Positions 25,696-37,362 of a stretch of DNA of 64,000 bases are shown piece by piece. Position numbers and translations under genes: made by a program. Source of the DNA: Mobula hypostoma. Its lineage: Eukaryota. The notes beneath the pieces are model-generated. The model did no database searches and was not told the DNA's origin. It worked only from the letters and a program-made list of their open reading frames with translations. The number at the start of each line of letters is the position of its first letter. Within the stretch, counting starts at the first letter, position 1. The stretch is taken from assembly GCF_963921235.1 (NCBI RefSeq), contig NC_086108.1, positions 47,370,001 through 47,434,000 of the forward strand, given 5' to 3'.

Positions 25696-26659
25696 TACAA
25701 TCATACACATGCCTATGCTGCCTGCAATCCCCAAAAGCCATAGGCTTTTTGCTTGTTCTGGTTTCCATTTTCCTCTCCTTGCAATTTAAGTCACGAATAA
25801 GGTCTCTCCAGGTGCTGCATAGGATACAAGGTCAAAAAGAGGCCATTGATCTCTATAACGTTTCCTTGACCCTGGCGTAGAGAAGGTGATCTAACAACAA
25901 AACTGAATTTAAAAAGCACACTTAATGTAGAATACAGCTCTGAAGAGCGGTTATTCAACAGTCTTTGACACCAAGCTATAAGGACTGGTTTATTATGAAG
26001 GCATCACATGATGCCCTGCTCTCTCAGCTGAAAGTCATGAAAGAGTTGAAATGAAATGTACTCAATACCATACTACACCATGGGAAAGCCTGTGAGCCTT
26101 GCAAACTCTGGAGTTTATACTGCCTGCCCTGCCTGACATGCTGAGTTCCTTTCTGTGTGTTGCTCTGGATTATCAGCATCTGCAGAATCTCTTGTGTTTA
26201 TAAAATAACTTTGTTCTTGTTTTCCATTTATAGATCATCAGTGGCTTAGTCCACAATGCACTGCAAGTGCAAGATGTTGCTTTTATCTCTAGTACAAACC
26301 TAGAAGAAACCAGGTGCATAAAAGTTCACACATTTGGTCACCTTTGCACCTTCAGGAAGTGACTCCTTGCCTTGTACTGAGGCTGTGACTGGTAACTCTC
26401 ACAACGGATAACTTTAATTACCAGCATCTTCAGTGCCACATAAGATGTCTTAAACAATATAATTTTTTGATATTACTCCCTTTTTACTTGGCTCAAACAT
26501 TCTTTTACCTCATCTTTAATCAGTCATCACTGGAGAGTTCTGCAGCAATCCCATAATAAATACTTCCGTTCCATTCTACTTGGGCTACATCACGTGACAA
26601 GATGCACCATAACCTCTACAGGTCAATACCCATGACTTGTTAGATTTGGTTCAAGGGTA

Positions 26660-27170
26660 AAGTAGTGAGTCATCAATTGTAGGTTCAAGCCCTCTTCAGA
26701 GAGTTGGGTATATAATCTTGGCTAACACATCTGCCTACACAGAGGGAAGGCTGTGCTGTCAAAGTACTCTTCCTTCGATGAGATTTTCAATAGTCTAGCC
26801 CACCCTGGATATATCTACATATCATAAATTTATTGTCTTTAAACCATATACATATACAACCATCAAATGAAACAATATTCCTGTGGGCCAAGGTGCACAA
26901 CATACTACATATCACTCACACACAACTCAAAGGTAATATTATCACGAACAAATTAACAAATAATAAGGTAAGGTGCACTTAAATGTTTCTGTGGCATTCT
27001 GTTCCCCAGTGTTCTGGATGAAAACACAGACCATCTAGTCACTTACCTTTTGTTGTTTGTGGCACGACATTTTTCTACATCAAAAAGATGGTTGTGTTTA
27101 AATAGAATACTTCACTGCCTTTATAAATCTTTCGTAATGCCCTGAGGACATAAACAGAGCTTCACAAATG
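26660..27170 (+). mobile_element. Deu-domain SINE (SacSINE1-like) remnant, interrupted by a Rex-type tail at about 26820-26970
   Basis: B-box-like ggttcaagcc, then ggctaacac..gagggaaggctgtgctgtcaaagt..cttcgatgaga resembling the Deu core. Confidence 0.55.
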
Positions 27171-28009
27171 ATAAACCAAAAGAACTGCACATTCTGGAAA
27201 TCTGAAACAAAAAAATACTGGAAATACTCAACAGGTCAGGCAGTACCTGTAGAATGAGCGACACATTTAATGTTCCAGGTCAAAGAGCCTTTGTTTATCT
27301 GATTTTTGTTTTTAACTTGATAATTGCAGGTCACTATCTTAAACATGTATAAAACCACAATGCTACACTGATGCATCAGTCTAGATTATGCTTCTGGACT
27401 TGCACTGTGCATTCTACTTGGTCTTAGAGACACTGACTGAAGGAGAAAAGCTGATCGAATTAGAGCCATTCCCGAACTTAACTACCTTTCAAATGCCAGT
27501 CTTGGTAAGTGGTTACGCTGGATTTGTTGCCTGACCATTTGCCAATCATTCATCTGAATACTTCATTGTTGTGTGCTAACAATAGATCTAATTACTTGTT
27601 TCGTACTTGAGTGCACATATCGTTTGCTGGGCATTACGTTGAGGAACATATGCCTTGTTAGCCATCTATTTATTCAAATTCCCCTGCTACAGATCCATAG
27701 CAATAAACAGTGTAAACAACACAGAAACAATCTGCCTCTGGAACCCTGAATATTATTATGTTCATTCAAGTGTTACGTACATGATTTACATTTCACCCAC
27801 ACATGAGTCTGGCATGTGTGAGTGGAAATATTCTAAAAGTGTTTAACAAAGAGGTACATAATCTATTTTAACATTGCCTTTAAGATGGTGCACTTGATAA
27901 AAGAACCAATATCTCACGTCTCATTACAACCTAACCTCAAAACATTCATTTGACTCTGGGGAACATTCACAAAGGTGAGATGTTCTGAAATGATGATTAT
28001 AGTTAATTT

Positions 28010-29000
28010 ATTTAGAACAGTACAGCACAGTACAGGCCTTTCACCCAATGATGTTGTGCCAAACATATAACCTATTCTAGGATCAAACTAACCCTTCCCT
28101 TCGACATAGCGGTCCATTTTTCTTTCATCCATGTTCCTATCTAAGAGTTTTTTAAATGTCACTAATGTATTTAACTCTGCCACCACATCTGTCAGCCCAT
28201 TCCACACATCTAGCACAATCTGCATAAAAAAACACTACCTCTGACATCCCTGTATACTTTTCTCCAATCTATGTCCTCTGGTATTATCCATCGCCACACT
28301 GGGATAAAGGCGTTGGCTGTCCACTTCATCTGTGTCTTTTATCATCTTATACCCCTCTAGCAAGCAGCCTCTCATCCTCCTTTGCTCCAAAGAGAAAAGC
28401 CTTAGCTCGTTCAACATATCCTCATATGACATGCACTCTAATCCAGGCAGCATACTCTGCACCCCCATATCTTTTCTTAATGAGATGATCAGAACTGAAC
28501 ACAATACTCCAAGCAACACACACACACAATGCTGGAGGAACTCAGCAGGCCAGGCAGCATCTACAGACTGTTCACTCTTTTCCATTGATGCTGAATTCCT
28601 CCAGCATTTTGTGTGTGTGTTGCTCTGGATTTCCAGCATCTGCAGATTTTCTCGTGTTTGTGACAATACTCCAAGTGTGGTCTAACCAGCGTTTTATAGA
28701 GCTGCAACATTACCTCAATTCCTGGACTAAGTAGGGCCAGCACCACATCAAACTGCACAGGGACTCTGAAGGATCTATGTGCTTGAATGCTGAGGTCCCT
28801 CTATTCCTTCATGCTGTCAAGAATCCTGCCACTAGACTTGTACTCTGCCCTCACGTTTCACCGTCCAGTGTGTATCACTTCACACTTTCTGTCTCAAAGA
28901 ATCCTTTCCAATAGTTTGCCCACCGCTGATGTGAGATTCACTAGTCTATGATTCCCAGGATCATCCACAATTACCTTTCATGAACAAAGGAAGCATTTGC
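28010..29000 (-). mobile_element. CR1 LINE 3' remnant
   Basis: ORF 28561-28758 VMLQLYKTLVRPHLEYC; ORF 28235-28666 LRLFSLEQRRMRG; tail tagaacagtacagcacagtacaggcc. Confidence 0.88.
28514..28662. mobile_element. Fold-back PLE pLTR-only mini-insertion lacking the hammerhead
   Basis: 13-bp TSD acaatactccaag at 28501-28513 and 28663-28675; inverted arms (aatgctggaggaa / ttcctccagcatt); tail on the right arm. Confidence 0.88.
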
Positions 29001-29007
29001 CCAGATG

Positions 29008-29410
29008 GCAAAGCACACAAAATGCTGGAGGGACTCAGTAGGTTAGGCAGCATCTTGAGAGAGGAATAAACAGTCGGCATTTCGAGCTGAGACCTTTCAT
29101 CAGGACTGGAAAGGATGAGGGGCCAGAATAAGAAGGTGGGGTGGGGGAGGAGATAGAGTACAAGACGGCAGGCGAAAGCAGCTAAGGGAGAAAGTGGGTG
29201 GGTGGGGCAGGGGTGTGGTGAGGTGATAGGTGGAATAGGGAAAGGGCTGAAGAAGGAGGAACCTACAGGAGAGGACAGTGGACCCTGGGAGAAAGGGCAG
29301 GAAGAGGGGCACCAGAGGGAGGTGAGGAGAAGGGAAGGGGTAAGAGGGGAGTCAGAATGGGAAACTAAAAAAAGAGGGGTGGAAATTAGCAGAAGTTGAA
29401 GAAATCAATG
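29008..29410 (-). mobile_element. PLE 3' UTR/pLTR fragment
   Basis: pLTR cacacaaaatgctggagg; hammerhead-like 29071-29107 with mutated cleavage site; purine-rich tract up to the ORF end (agaagttgaagaaatcaatg). Confidence 0.85.
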
Positions 29411-30639
29411 TGAGAAAGGTCCTGCAATAATAAAAACAAATGATATTTTGACCCTGTCTTGATCATAAATATATTTTGCACAAAGTCTGCAGTTAGTGAT
29501 ATTTAACACAAACAGTAACACATTCAGAAACTGAGTGTTGTTACATAAAGAGTGACAACCAGTTTTAGTCATGTCTGCAGTGGAGCTGATAGTCTGAAGA
29601 TGTTTAATGACAAAAATGGGTGTATTCTTCTTATCTCACGCTATCACCAACTTTTAAGATCTTGGAGTTTTACCAGCAGAAAGTCTGGTACATCACCCAG
29701 AGGTGCAAAACAATGTGTCATACTTCATTTGCATTTGTATTGCGTCACTTATTTCACTATGGATTGTGACAAGACACCCACACTCAAAGAAAGAACTGCA
29801 GTTTCCATTGTGTACTGATGCTTTTCGAAAGTAATCATTCCATACTATTCATCTCTCTGCTACATCCTTTATTTCCAGGGTGGTTTTAGAGACCACCCTG
29901 CCACTGCATGAGCCTCAATACCATTAAAAAAAAACAAACCCAATCAAAATAACAGACAATTTGGGACAGAGAACAAGAGAAGCACTATGACAAAGAAAGT
30001 TGGAAAGTTGTGGAAACTGGTTGAAAACATTGCGGTCACTGGTTGAAAACAGATACTTCAGAAGGCATTCTGCCGGAGATGCAGAGTGATTGGTGAACAT
30101 GTAGCAGGCGTGCAGATGAGCCAAGCCAAGTAGACAACTAATCATACAGACAAGAAAGTCACACAAAATGCTGCCGGAACTCAATAATTCAGGCAGCATC
30201 TATGGAGGGGAATAAAGAACTGGCATTTCAGGCTGAGACTCTCCATCCTGATGGTTTTTGCAAAAGGGAGGAAAGGGCATGGAAAATGTTCACAGCAGGA
30301 GGATAAATCCAGCCAGGGTGTCCACAAAACTTTTCTCCTCCTCAAAGCTCAGCACGAGTGAGGCTTTGCACATCTGTGCACCAGTGAGGATGTTCTCACC
30401 AAGACAAGCTGCACCTACAACTGCATTCTCAGAGCAGATCCTTTCCAAGATCCGAAGGTTGTGGTCGCAGATGGTGGGAAAGATGGCTGGTGAAGGGAGT
30501 GATGCTGCACACATCCCTGTCCGTGTTAACCCCGAGGGTGAGGCCAACAATATTGCTCGCGGGAATGCCGTGTAGCCAGCTTTAGATCATGCGGTCTGAG
30601 CAACGGTAAAGAGTTTAATCAGCACTGCTCCCAGTGTGG

Positions 30640-30762
30640 AACATCTGGATGGCAGGGGTATGGTCCGAGTGCTGGTTCTGGGATTAGGCAGTTCAAGTGG
30701 TTTGGCATCAACTAGATGGGCCAAAGGGCCTGTTTCTGTGCTGTACTTTTCTATGCCTCTAT
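30640..30762 (+). mobile_element. CR1 3'-terminal fragment
   Basis: atgggccaaagggcctgtttctgtgctgtacttttctatgcctcta. Confidence 0.7.
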
Positions 30763-31648
30763 CCACAGTAGATTAATTCTGCATCTGAGCAAGGACTGCT
30801 TTGCCAGTGGCTGCATAGGTGGGCTATTACATATACATCCAGCTCTTTCCACTCTGTAGTGGGAGATATTTTGCAACATCTCATCCACTGTTACCAGTGC
30901 TGCACAAGCAGTTTCCTGCATGTATTATTTCTGTTTTCAAACAAATTTCTCTGCACCGAGGGGATAGATGAAGACAGAGCAGTGGATTTTGTCTCCATGG
31001 ACTTTAGCAAAACCTTTGATAAGATCCCACATGGCAGGCTGATCTGGAAGGTTGGTTTGCATAGGATTCAGGGGGAGCTACCAAGGTGGATTGGGAATTG
31101 CCTTGGTGAAAGGAAGCAGAGGGCGACTGAAGGCCTGTGACTAGTGTGGTGCCCCACGCCTCGGTGCTGGGATCTCTGTTATTCATTATTTATGGAAATG
31201 ATTTGACCATGAATGTACATGCCATGATAGCAAGTTTACTGATTATACTAAATTAGGGGATCTTGTTGATAGAAAAGCAGGTTACAATGAAATGGATTTC
31301 AACTTAGATAAATGGAGGTGATGTTGTTTTAACCAAGGTGGATCTTAAATGAAAATAGAGCACTGACGAGTGTTATGAAACAGAGAGACCTGGGAGTACA
31401 AGTGCACGTTTCATTGAAAGTGGCCCGATAGGGTGGTGAGAAAGGTGTATAGCATTCTCTCGTTTATTACTCAGGACATCGGGTTTAAAAGTAGAGATAT
31501 TATTCTGCAGCAACATGCATCATTGGCAAGGCCACACTGGGAGTATTGTGTACAGTTTTGGTCACCTGCTTTGGATTCGAGTGCCACAGTTATAGGGAGA
31601 GGTTGGCCACGGTGGATTATTATTGCCTGGAGTGCAGGAGAATGAGGG

Positions 31649-32108
31649 TGTGGTAAACCATATATATAGGTTGAGGGTGGTGATAGGCAGCTGGGGGAGG
31701 GGGCAGAGTGAAATAGGGATAGAGGAATGGAGGGGGAGGGAATTAACGGAAATTGGAGAATTCTATGTTCATACCAAGGGGCTGGAGACTACCAAGACAG
31801 TATATGAGGTGTTGCTCCTCCAACCTGAGTTTAGCCTCATCATGGCAGTAGAGGAGGCCATGTATGGACATATCTGAATGGGCATGTGAACATATATAGG
31901 TAACTGGGTTACCGGTCTGGACACGCCCCTCTGCTGACTGCTCCTGTGGCTCCTCCCACAGACCCCTGAATAAAGGCGACTGGGCCTTAGCTCCTCCTCT
32001 CAGTCTGGGGCAGACACTCAGCATGCTGGAGGTCACATTTTACTGCTAATAAAAGACTTTCAGTACTTACTCTACTTCCAGTCTTTTGGAGTTATTGATA
32101 GTGCATCA
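31649..32108 (+). mobile_element. Solo LTR (about 230 bp once the nested PLE is removed)
   Basis: TG...CA termini (tgtggt..gcatca); 5-bp TSD gaggg at 31644-31648 and 32109-32113; AATAAA near 31969 and 32048. Confidence 0.8.
31672..31891 (-). mobile_element. Short PLE fragment inserted in the solo LTR
   Basis: HSDMSIHGLLYCHDEAKLRLEEQHLIYCLGSLQPLGMNIEFSNFR; 10-bp TSD atatataggt at 31662-31671 and 31892-31901. Confidence 0.9.
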
Positions 32109-33541
32109 GAGGGGTGACTTCATAAAAGTTTATAAAAGGGGTATGGATCAGGTGGGTGGTTATAGCCTTTTCCCCAGGGCTGCTGCATCCAAATCTACAG
32201 GGCACAGATACAAGATAAGAGGAGAAAGAATTAAATGAGACCTGACAAGTAACTTCATTACACAGGAAGTATTGAATACCTGGAATGAGCTCCCAGAGGA
32301 AGTGGTTGAGGTGGGTACATGTAAGAGACTTTTGGATGGGAATGCGGAGGAGAGCAGCTTGGAGGCCAATGGCCAAATGCAAGTAATTGGGAACTCACAG
32401 GGAGATACCGTGGTCTACCCAAAAGGCATGTTCTGTGCTGTATTACTGTGACAATGGATCTAATGCTGAAGTTTAGGTTCCAAACAATAAAATTGGTTTG
32501 AATTTGAGGCAAAAGAAAGAAAATATAAAGAGATGGAAGTGGGTTAAATAATATTAAATCTCTTGTATGCTACACAATCCTTCCCTTTGAATTCAACAGA
32601 CAATAGAATTGTGCCCATACTACTGTCTCTGCTTGAAGTTAATGATTGTTTGGTATTTTATTCACGGGGTTAATGACATAGTGCTGCTACCTTCCTGCTT
32701 TGCACCAGTGCAGTCCTTTTCATTGAGTTGCTGATTCTCACCATGAAAACACAAACATTATTGTCTATCATCATGTATGCTGGGGTAGGGCCCGGGCCGG
32801 ATTAAGTTAGTGCGGGGCCTGTAGCATGTGTTATAAAGGGGCCCTAAATTTTAGAAGTGCACATAAGTACTAAAACATAAATTATTTACTTGCATAGCAA
32901 TTCAATTTTTTCATTTGCTGTACAGCCAGATAATACAACAGATGCCTGATACTTCAGCAATAGTATTACTTACATGTAGGTATCAATTTCAAATGTCAAA
33001 AGTAACAAAACTCAATTTAAGAGTTACATTTTCTAGATTTAGCATGAGAAAATTTGTTGATGATACTGGAAATGTCTATTTCATGCAGAAGTTCAGGTTC
33101 AATGCTCATTAGAGTGAGATTGTTCAATCTGTTTTGACCCATGGTGATCCTTAGTTCATTTTTAATCCTTTTCAGTTTTGAAAATGAGTGTTCTCCACTG
33201 CAGTTGGTAACCATGAGTGACAAATAGGTGTGCAAGGCATTTTCTACATTTGGAAAACATGACTCCAAAGAATTGTCAGTTATCAAACGGTACCACTGTA
33301 ACTCTACAAGGTCTTGTTTGGTGCCAATTTGAGAAACAAGATCAGTTTTCAACAGTTCAGTAAACTGCACAAATTCTTCATCAAGACTTTCTTCCAGATC
33401 TTCCAGATATGATCTAATAAGGTTTGATGACCTCTTTACGATCTCTTCAGGTGTAAACGACCGTGACTGATGAAGGAATCCAAAAACACCATTCACCTTT
33501 AGATAAGCTTTCTGCCTTTTTGACAGGGCAGAAAGCAAGCT

Positions 33542-34179
33542 CAAACACAAAATACTCTGCAGATGCTGGGGTCAAAGCAACACTCACAACATGCTGGAGG
33601 GAACTCAGCAGGTCGGGCAGCATCCGTGGAAACGATCAGTCAACGTTTCGGGCCGGAACCCTTCGTCAGGACTGAAGAGGGAAGGGGCAGAGGCCCTATA
33701 AAGAAGGTGGGGGGAGGGTGGGAAGGAGAAGGCTGGTAGGTTCCAGGTGAAAAACCAGTAAGGGGAAAAATAAAGGGGTGGGGAGGGGAAGCCAGGAGGT
33801 GATAGGCAGGAAAGGTGAAGAAGGAATAGGGGAAAACACAATGGGTAGTAGAAGGAGGCAGAACCATGAGGGAGGTGATAGGCAGCTGGGGGAGGGGGGC
33901 AGATTGAAATAGGGATAGGGGAAGGGAGGGGGAGGGAATTACCGGAAGTTGGAGAATTCTATGTTCATACCAAGGGGCTGGAGACTACCCAGATGGTATA
34001 TTAGGTGTTGCTCCTCCAACCTGTGTTTGGCCTCATCATGGCAGTAGAGGAGGCCATGTATGGACATATCCGAATGGGAATGTGAAGTAGAGTTGAAGTG
34101 GGTGGCAACTGGGAGATCCTGTCTGTTGCGGTGGACGGAGAGGAGGTGCTCGACGAAGCGGTCCCCCAGTCTGTTACAA
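33542..34179 (-). mobile_element. Young PLE 3' fragment inserted into the hAT ORF
   Basis: TSD aaagcaa(g/a)ct at 33532-33541 and 34180-34189; GIY-YIG C-terminal half, UTR and pLTR with tail. Confidence 0.92.
33636..33675 (-). ncRNA. Minimal type-I hammerhead ribozyme (GUU site)
   Basis: rc: tcagtc CTGACGA a gggt-tccg-gccc GAAAC GTT gactga; 6-bp stem I, 4-bp stem II, intact core. Confidence 0.8.
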
Positions 34180-35905
34180 AAAGCAAACTGTCAATAATGG
34201 CAAGAAATGTTTGGCTTTTAAACTTCTGAGAAGGCATTTGTGATTCAACAAGTGGATCAAGAGTGCTGGAACCACTGAAATCATCATACACGCGATTTTG
34301 CTTGTGTTTTCTTCGAGTTTGCTTTTGGTAATCTTTACACTTAGTCAGATCCTTGGCTTTCTGCTGAATGTCTGAAAAAGTAGACCGCATAACTTGAATA
34401 TATCTATGCAAGAATTCATAGAATGCACAAGCTGTGTTCAAGTCTTGGCCAGAAGATTGCAAAGAAGCACTGGTCATTTGAAAACGCTGTAATACTTAAT
34501 CTCACAATATGATCATTATTCCTGTTTCCAACTTCATCATGGTTGAAAGTAGTCCACAAGCCTGTTGTCGCCACTCTGCCTTCTGATCATTGCTATTTGA
34601 AATGTCATCCAAGTCTTGTTTTATTGCAGAAAAGCTGTGTAAAAGTGCTTTTGTTGCATCTGCACGAGCTGACCACCTGGTATCTGACATTCTTTTCACA
34701 ACGGGCAAATGAGCACCACCATCAGAAAATGCAGCAGAAAGGAGATCCCACCAATAAGTCGAAGCAGAAAAAAATGTGTACAGGCTTTCTACAAATTGAG
34801 AGAAAATTAATGCTTCTTGACAACATTCAGCAGCACATTTTCCAACCAAATTTAGTGAATGTGCAAAGCATGGAACGTAATCAGCAAACTCATTCAGCTC
34901 TTTAATTCATGCTTGTAAGCCACTATACTCGGCACTCATGTTGCTGGCATTGTCAGAACTTTGACCACGGTGGTAGTCTTTTATATCAATGTCATTTTCC
35001 TTTAAAAAGTCAAGTAAACTTTGAGCGAGCTGTTCAGCACTATGACCTTCCATATCCAAAACTTCACAAATCTTTCAACTGCTCCAGATGGCAAAACATA
35101 GCGCAAAGTCAAAGTCAGCGGCGCAACTTCCAGCGGCGTAACAGCGCACGCTGCAGTGGGTTGGGAGTATGGGAGATAACGCAAAGGTCACCACAACACA
35201 GCAAGGAGCCAACACACGCCTACACACATACCATGCCTCATGCAGCTCCCCCAACATGAAAACAACGGTGTTGCCAGATCGTCATGAGAATACGGTGAGA
35301 TGCTGATTTCACCAGACTGCAGCTTGCAGGCATTTAGTGCGGGGCCCTCGAAAATGCAGGGCCCGTAGCATATGCTACTTTTGCTACTGGGTTAATCTGG
35401 CCCTGAGTAGGGGTTACTCAAATTATGATAAGCATTCAAAAGCTGGGAAGTGATTTAAAAGAAACATCTGCAATGGTTTCAAATACCATGCTTGCAATAA
35501 AGGCCGAAAACACAGTCTTCTGAGTAACAACCTGTGACCTAAACTTGGGTTGCAGCTAATCTCACTGCTCTAACTCACTTTCTCCACAACGTGAAATTAC
35601 ATAAACTGAGTCTGTGTTACATAAACTGAGCAGAAATCAAAGGGCAAAACTCAGAAACTGGGCATTCAGGTGCTGCAAAGAATATATATTGATAGCAAAA
35701 GGAGTGGAAGATTCAGAGTGAAATTTGAGTTGAAAACTGCACCTAAAAGCTCTCCATTCTATATTATAAAGGAGTCATTAATGGAAGCAGGTTACTTACA
35801 TAAATCACAGCTCTATTAAAGTGGCAGATGAAGGAATATCATGAGAATACCATGGAGTTCTCAGGTACCAGCCCAGGGATTGCCTGGGGATTGAAATCAG
35901 GCTCA

Positions 35906-36470
35906 TAAACACAAGAGATTCTGCAGGTGCTGGAAACCCAAAGCAACACACACACACACACACAATACTGGAGGAACTCGGCAGGTAAGGCAGCATCTAT
36001 GGAAATAAATAAACAGTTGACATTTTGGGCCAAGATCTTTCTTCAGGACTGGAATGGAAGGGGGAAGATGCCAGAATAAAACTGTCGGGGGGATGCGGGG
36101 GGGGGAGGCTAGCTGGAAGGTGATCGGTGAAGCCAGGTGGGTGGGAAAGGTAAAGGACTGGAGAAGAAGGAAACTGATAGGAGAGGGAGTAGACAATGGG
36201 AGAAAAGGAAGAAGAAGAGGCACAAGAGAGAGGTGAAAAGCAGGTGAGAATAGGTAGAGGCCAGAGTGGGGAATAGAAGAAGGAACAGGGAGGAGAAAAA
36301 ATTACTGGAAGGAGAAATCAATGTTCATGCCATCAGTTTGGAGGCTATCTAGATGGAATATGAAGTATTGATCTTCCACCCTGAGAGTGACCTCATTGTG
36401 GCAAAAGAGGAGGCCATGGACCAACATGTTAGATAGGGAACAGAGATAGGAATTGAAATGGTTGGCCACC
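35906..36470 (-). mobile_element. PLE 3' fragment with pLTR and tail
   Basis: ORF 36302-36484 VANHFNS..HGLLFCHNEVTLRVEDQ..GMNIDFS; decayed hammerhead 36014-36052. Confidence 0.88.
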
Positions 36471-37268
36471 AGGCTGCTGTCCAATGTTCCAGAACCCCTT
36501 AAGTATGCAGTCTGGGCTCTATCAAAATGGTGGGGTGTTTAACTGTGACTTTGAGCCAGGCCTAAGCAGTAATGGATTTCAGAATACTGGACAGAGCTCT
36601 CAGAATACTGATCCAAAACAGAGTTTGCCCAGCCAAGGGAAACGGTTTTAATTTTTTAAACAAGTTTCATGTGAGCATTCCTCCTTCCCTGACAGTGAGC
36701 GCTCAACCACACATCTTATGCTGTGGTCTGCTTCCCTGGATCTGTTGCACAACTTTGACTGCTTCTAACTGACCCAAGCTATTTTTGGACAGGAAGAAGC
36801 AAGCATTACATCATTACCGTCAGCCTTATCTGCTTGCTGCGGTTCCCTGCCAAAGAAATGTCCTAACAGAGGGGTAAAAACCGATCCTATGACTTACTTA
36901 CAGGGAAGAGCTGAAGCCATACATTGGAATATTGCAAATACAGTACATTCTATTTTGTCTCAAAACATCCTTACACACAAGTCAGCAAACTTAAGCAGAA
37001 AAAAACTGGAAACAATTGGCAGACCAGGCAGTACCTGCGGAAAAAGTAACAGTGTAAACATTTCAGGTCTGAAACCTTTTATCAGAAAAGGGAAAATAAG
37101 AAAACAGTTTACAGTAATTTGCATCGTGGAGAGAGGGATGGAAAGATGGATATCACAAATTGAATATGTCTGATAAGGCGAGGATAGGGTTGCCAATGTG
37201 ATTGAGGAGTCACACTCCCAACACGCTGGAGGAGCTCAGCAGGTCGGGCAGCATCCGTGGAAACGATG

Positions 37269-37304
37269 AGTTGACGTTTCAGGCCAGGACCCTTCGTCAG
37301 GACT
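37269..37304 (-). ncRNA. Hammerhead ribozyme, core intact, first stem-I pair mismatched
   Basis: rc: agtc CTGACGA a gggt-cctg-gcct GAAAC GTC aact. Confidence 0.65.
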
Positions 37305-37326
37305 GTAGAGGGAAGGGGCCCTCTAC

Positions 37327-37362
37327 AGTCCTGACGAAGGGTCCCAGCCCGAAACGTCGACT
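37327..37362 (+). ncRNA. Minimal type-I hammerhead ribozyme, intact
   Basis: agtc CTGACGA a gggt-ccca-gccc GAAAC GTC gact; predicted cleavage after 37358. Confidence 0.85.

Larger units (their letters stand above)
30955..32450 (+). mobile_element. CR1 LINE RT remnant hosting a solo LTR
   Basis: IDEDRAVDFVSMDFSKTFDKIPHGRL (ORF 30859-31140); LARPHWEYCVQFWSP (ORF 31433-31645); CR1 tail near 32420-32450. Confidence 0.88.
32792..35405 (-). mobile_element. hAT DNA transposon (Tip100/ZMYM1-like transposase), internally deleted and interrupted by a PLE
   Basis: TIRs ccgggccggattaa / ttaatctggccctg; 8-bp flanks ggtagggc vs agtagggg (6/8); motifs DNASNM, PCFAHSLNL, SDTRWS, FPNV..VTNCSGEHSFSKLKRIKNELRITMGQNRLNNL (hAT dimerisation domain). 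Confidence 0.93.

Noticed and set aside
30258..30575. 105-aa ORF in unique sequence (also 51387-51656 and 62451-62843) as a host exon
   Set aside because: No recognisable domain or convincing splice context; lengths are compatible with chance
33017..34849. Host ZMYM1/THAP12-like gene
   Set aside because: Bounded by TIRs and a near-TSD, contains stops, lacks the N-terminus and is split by a PLE
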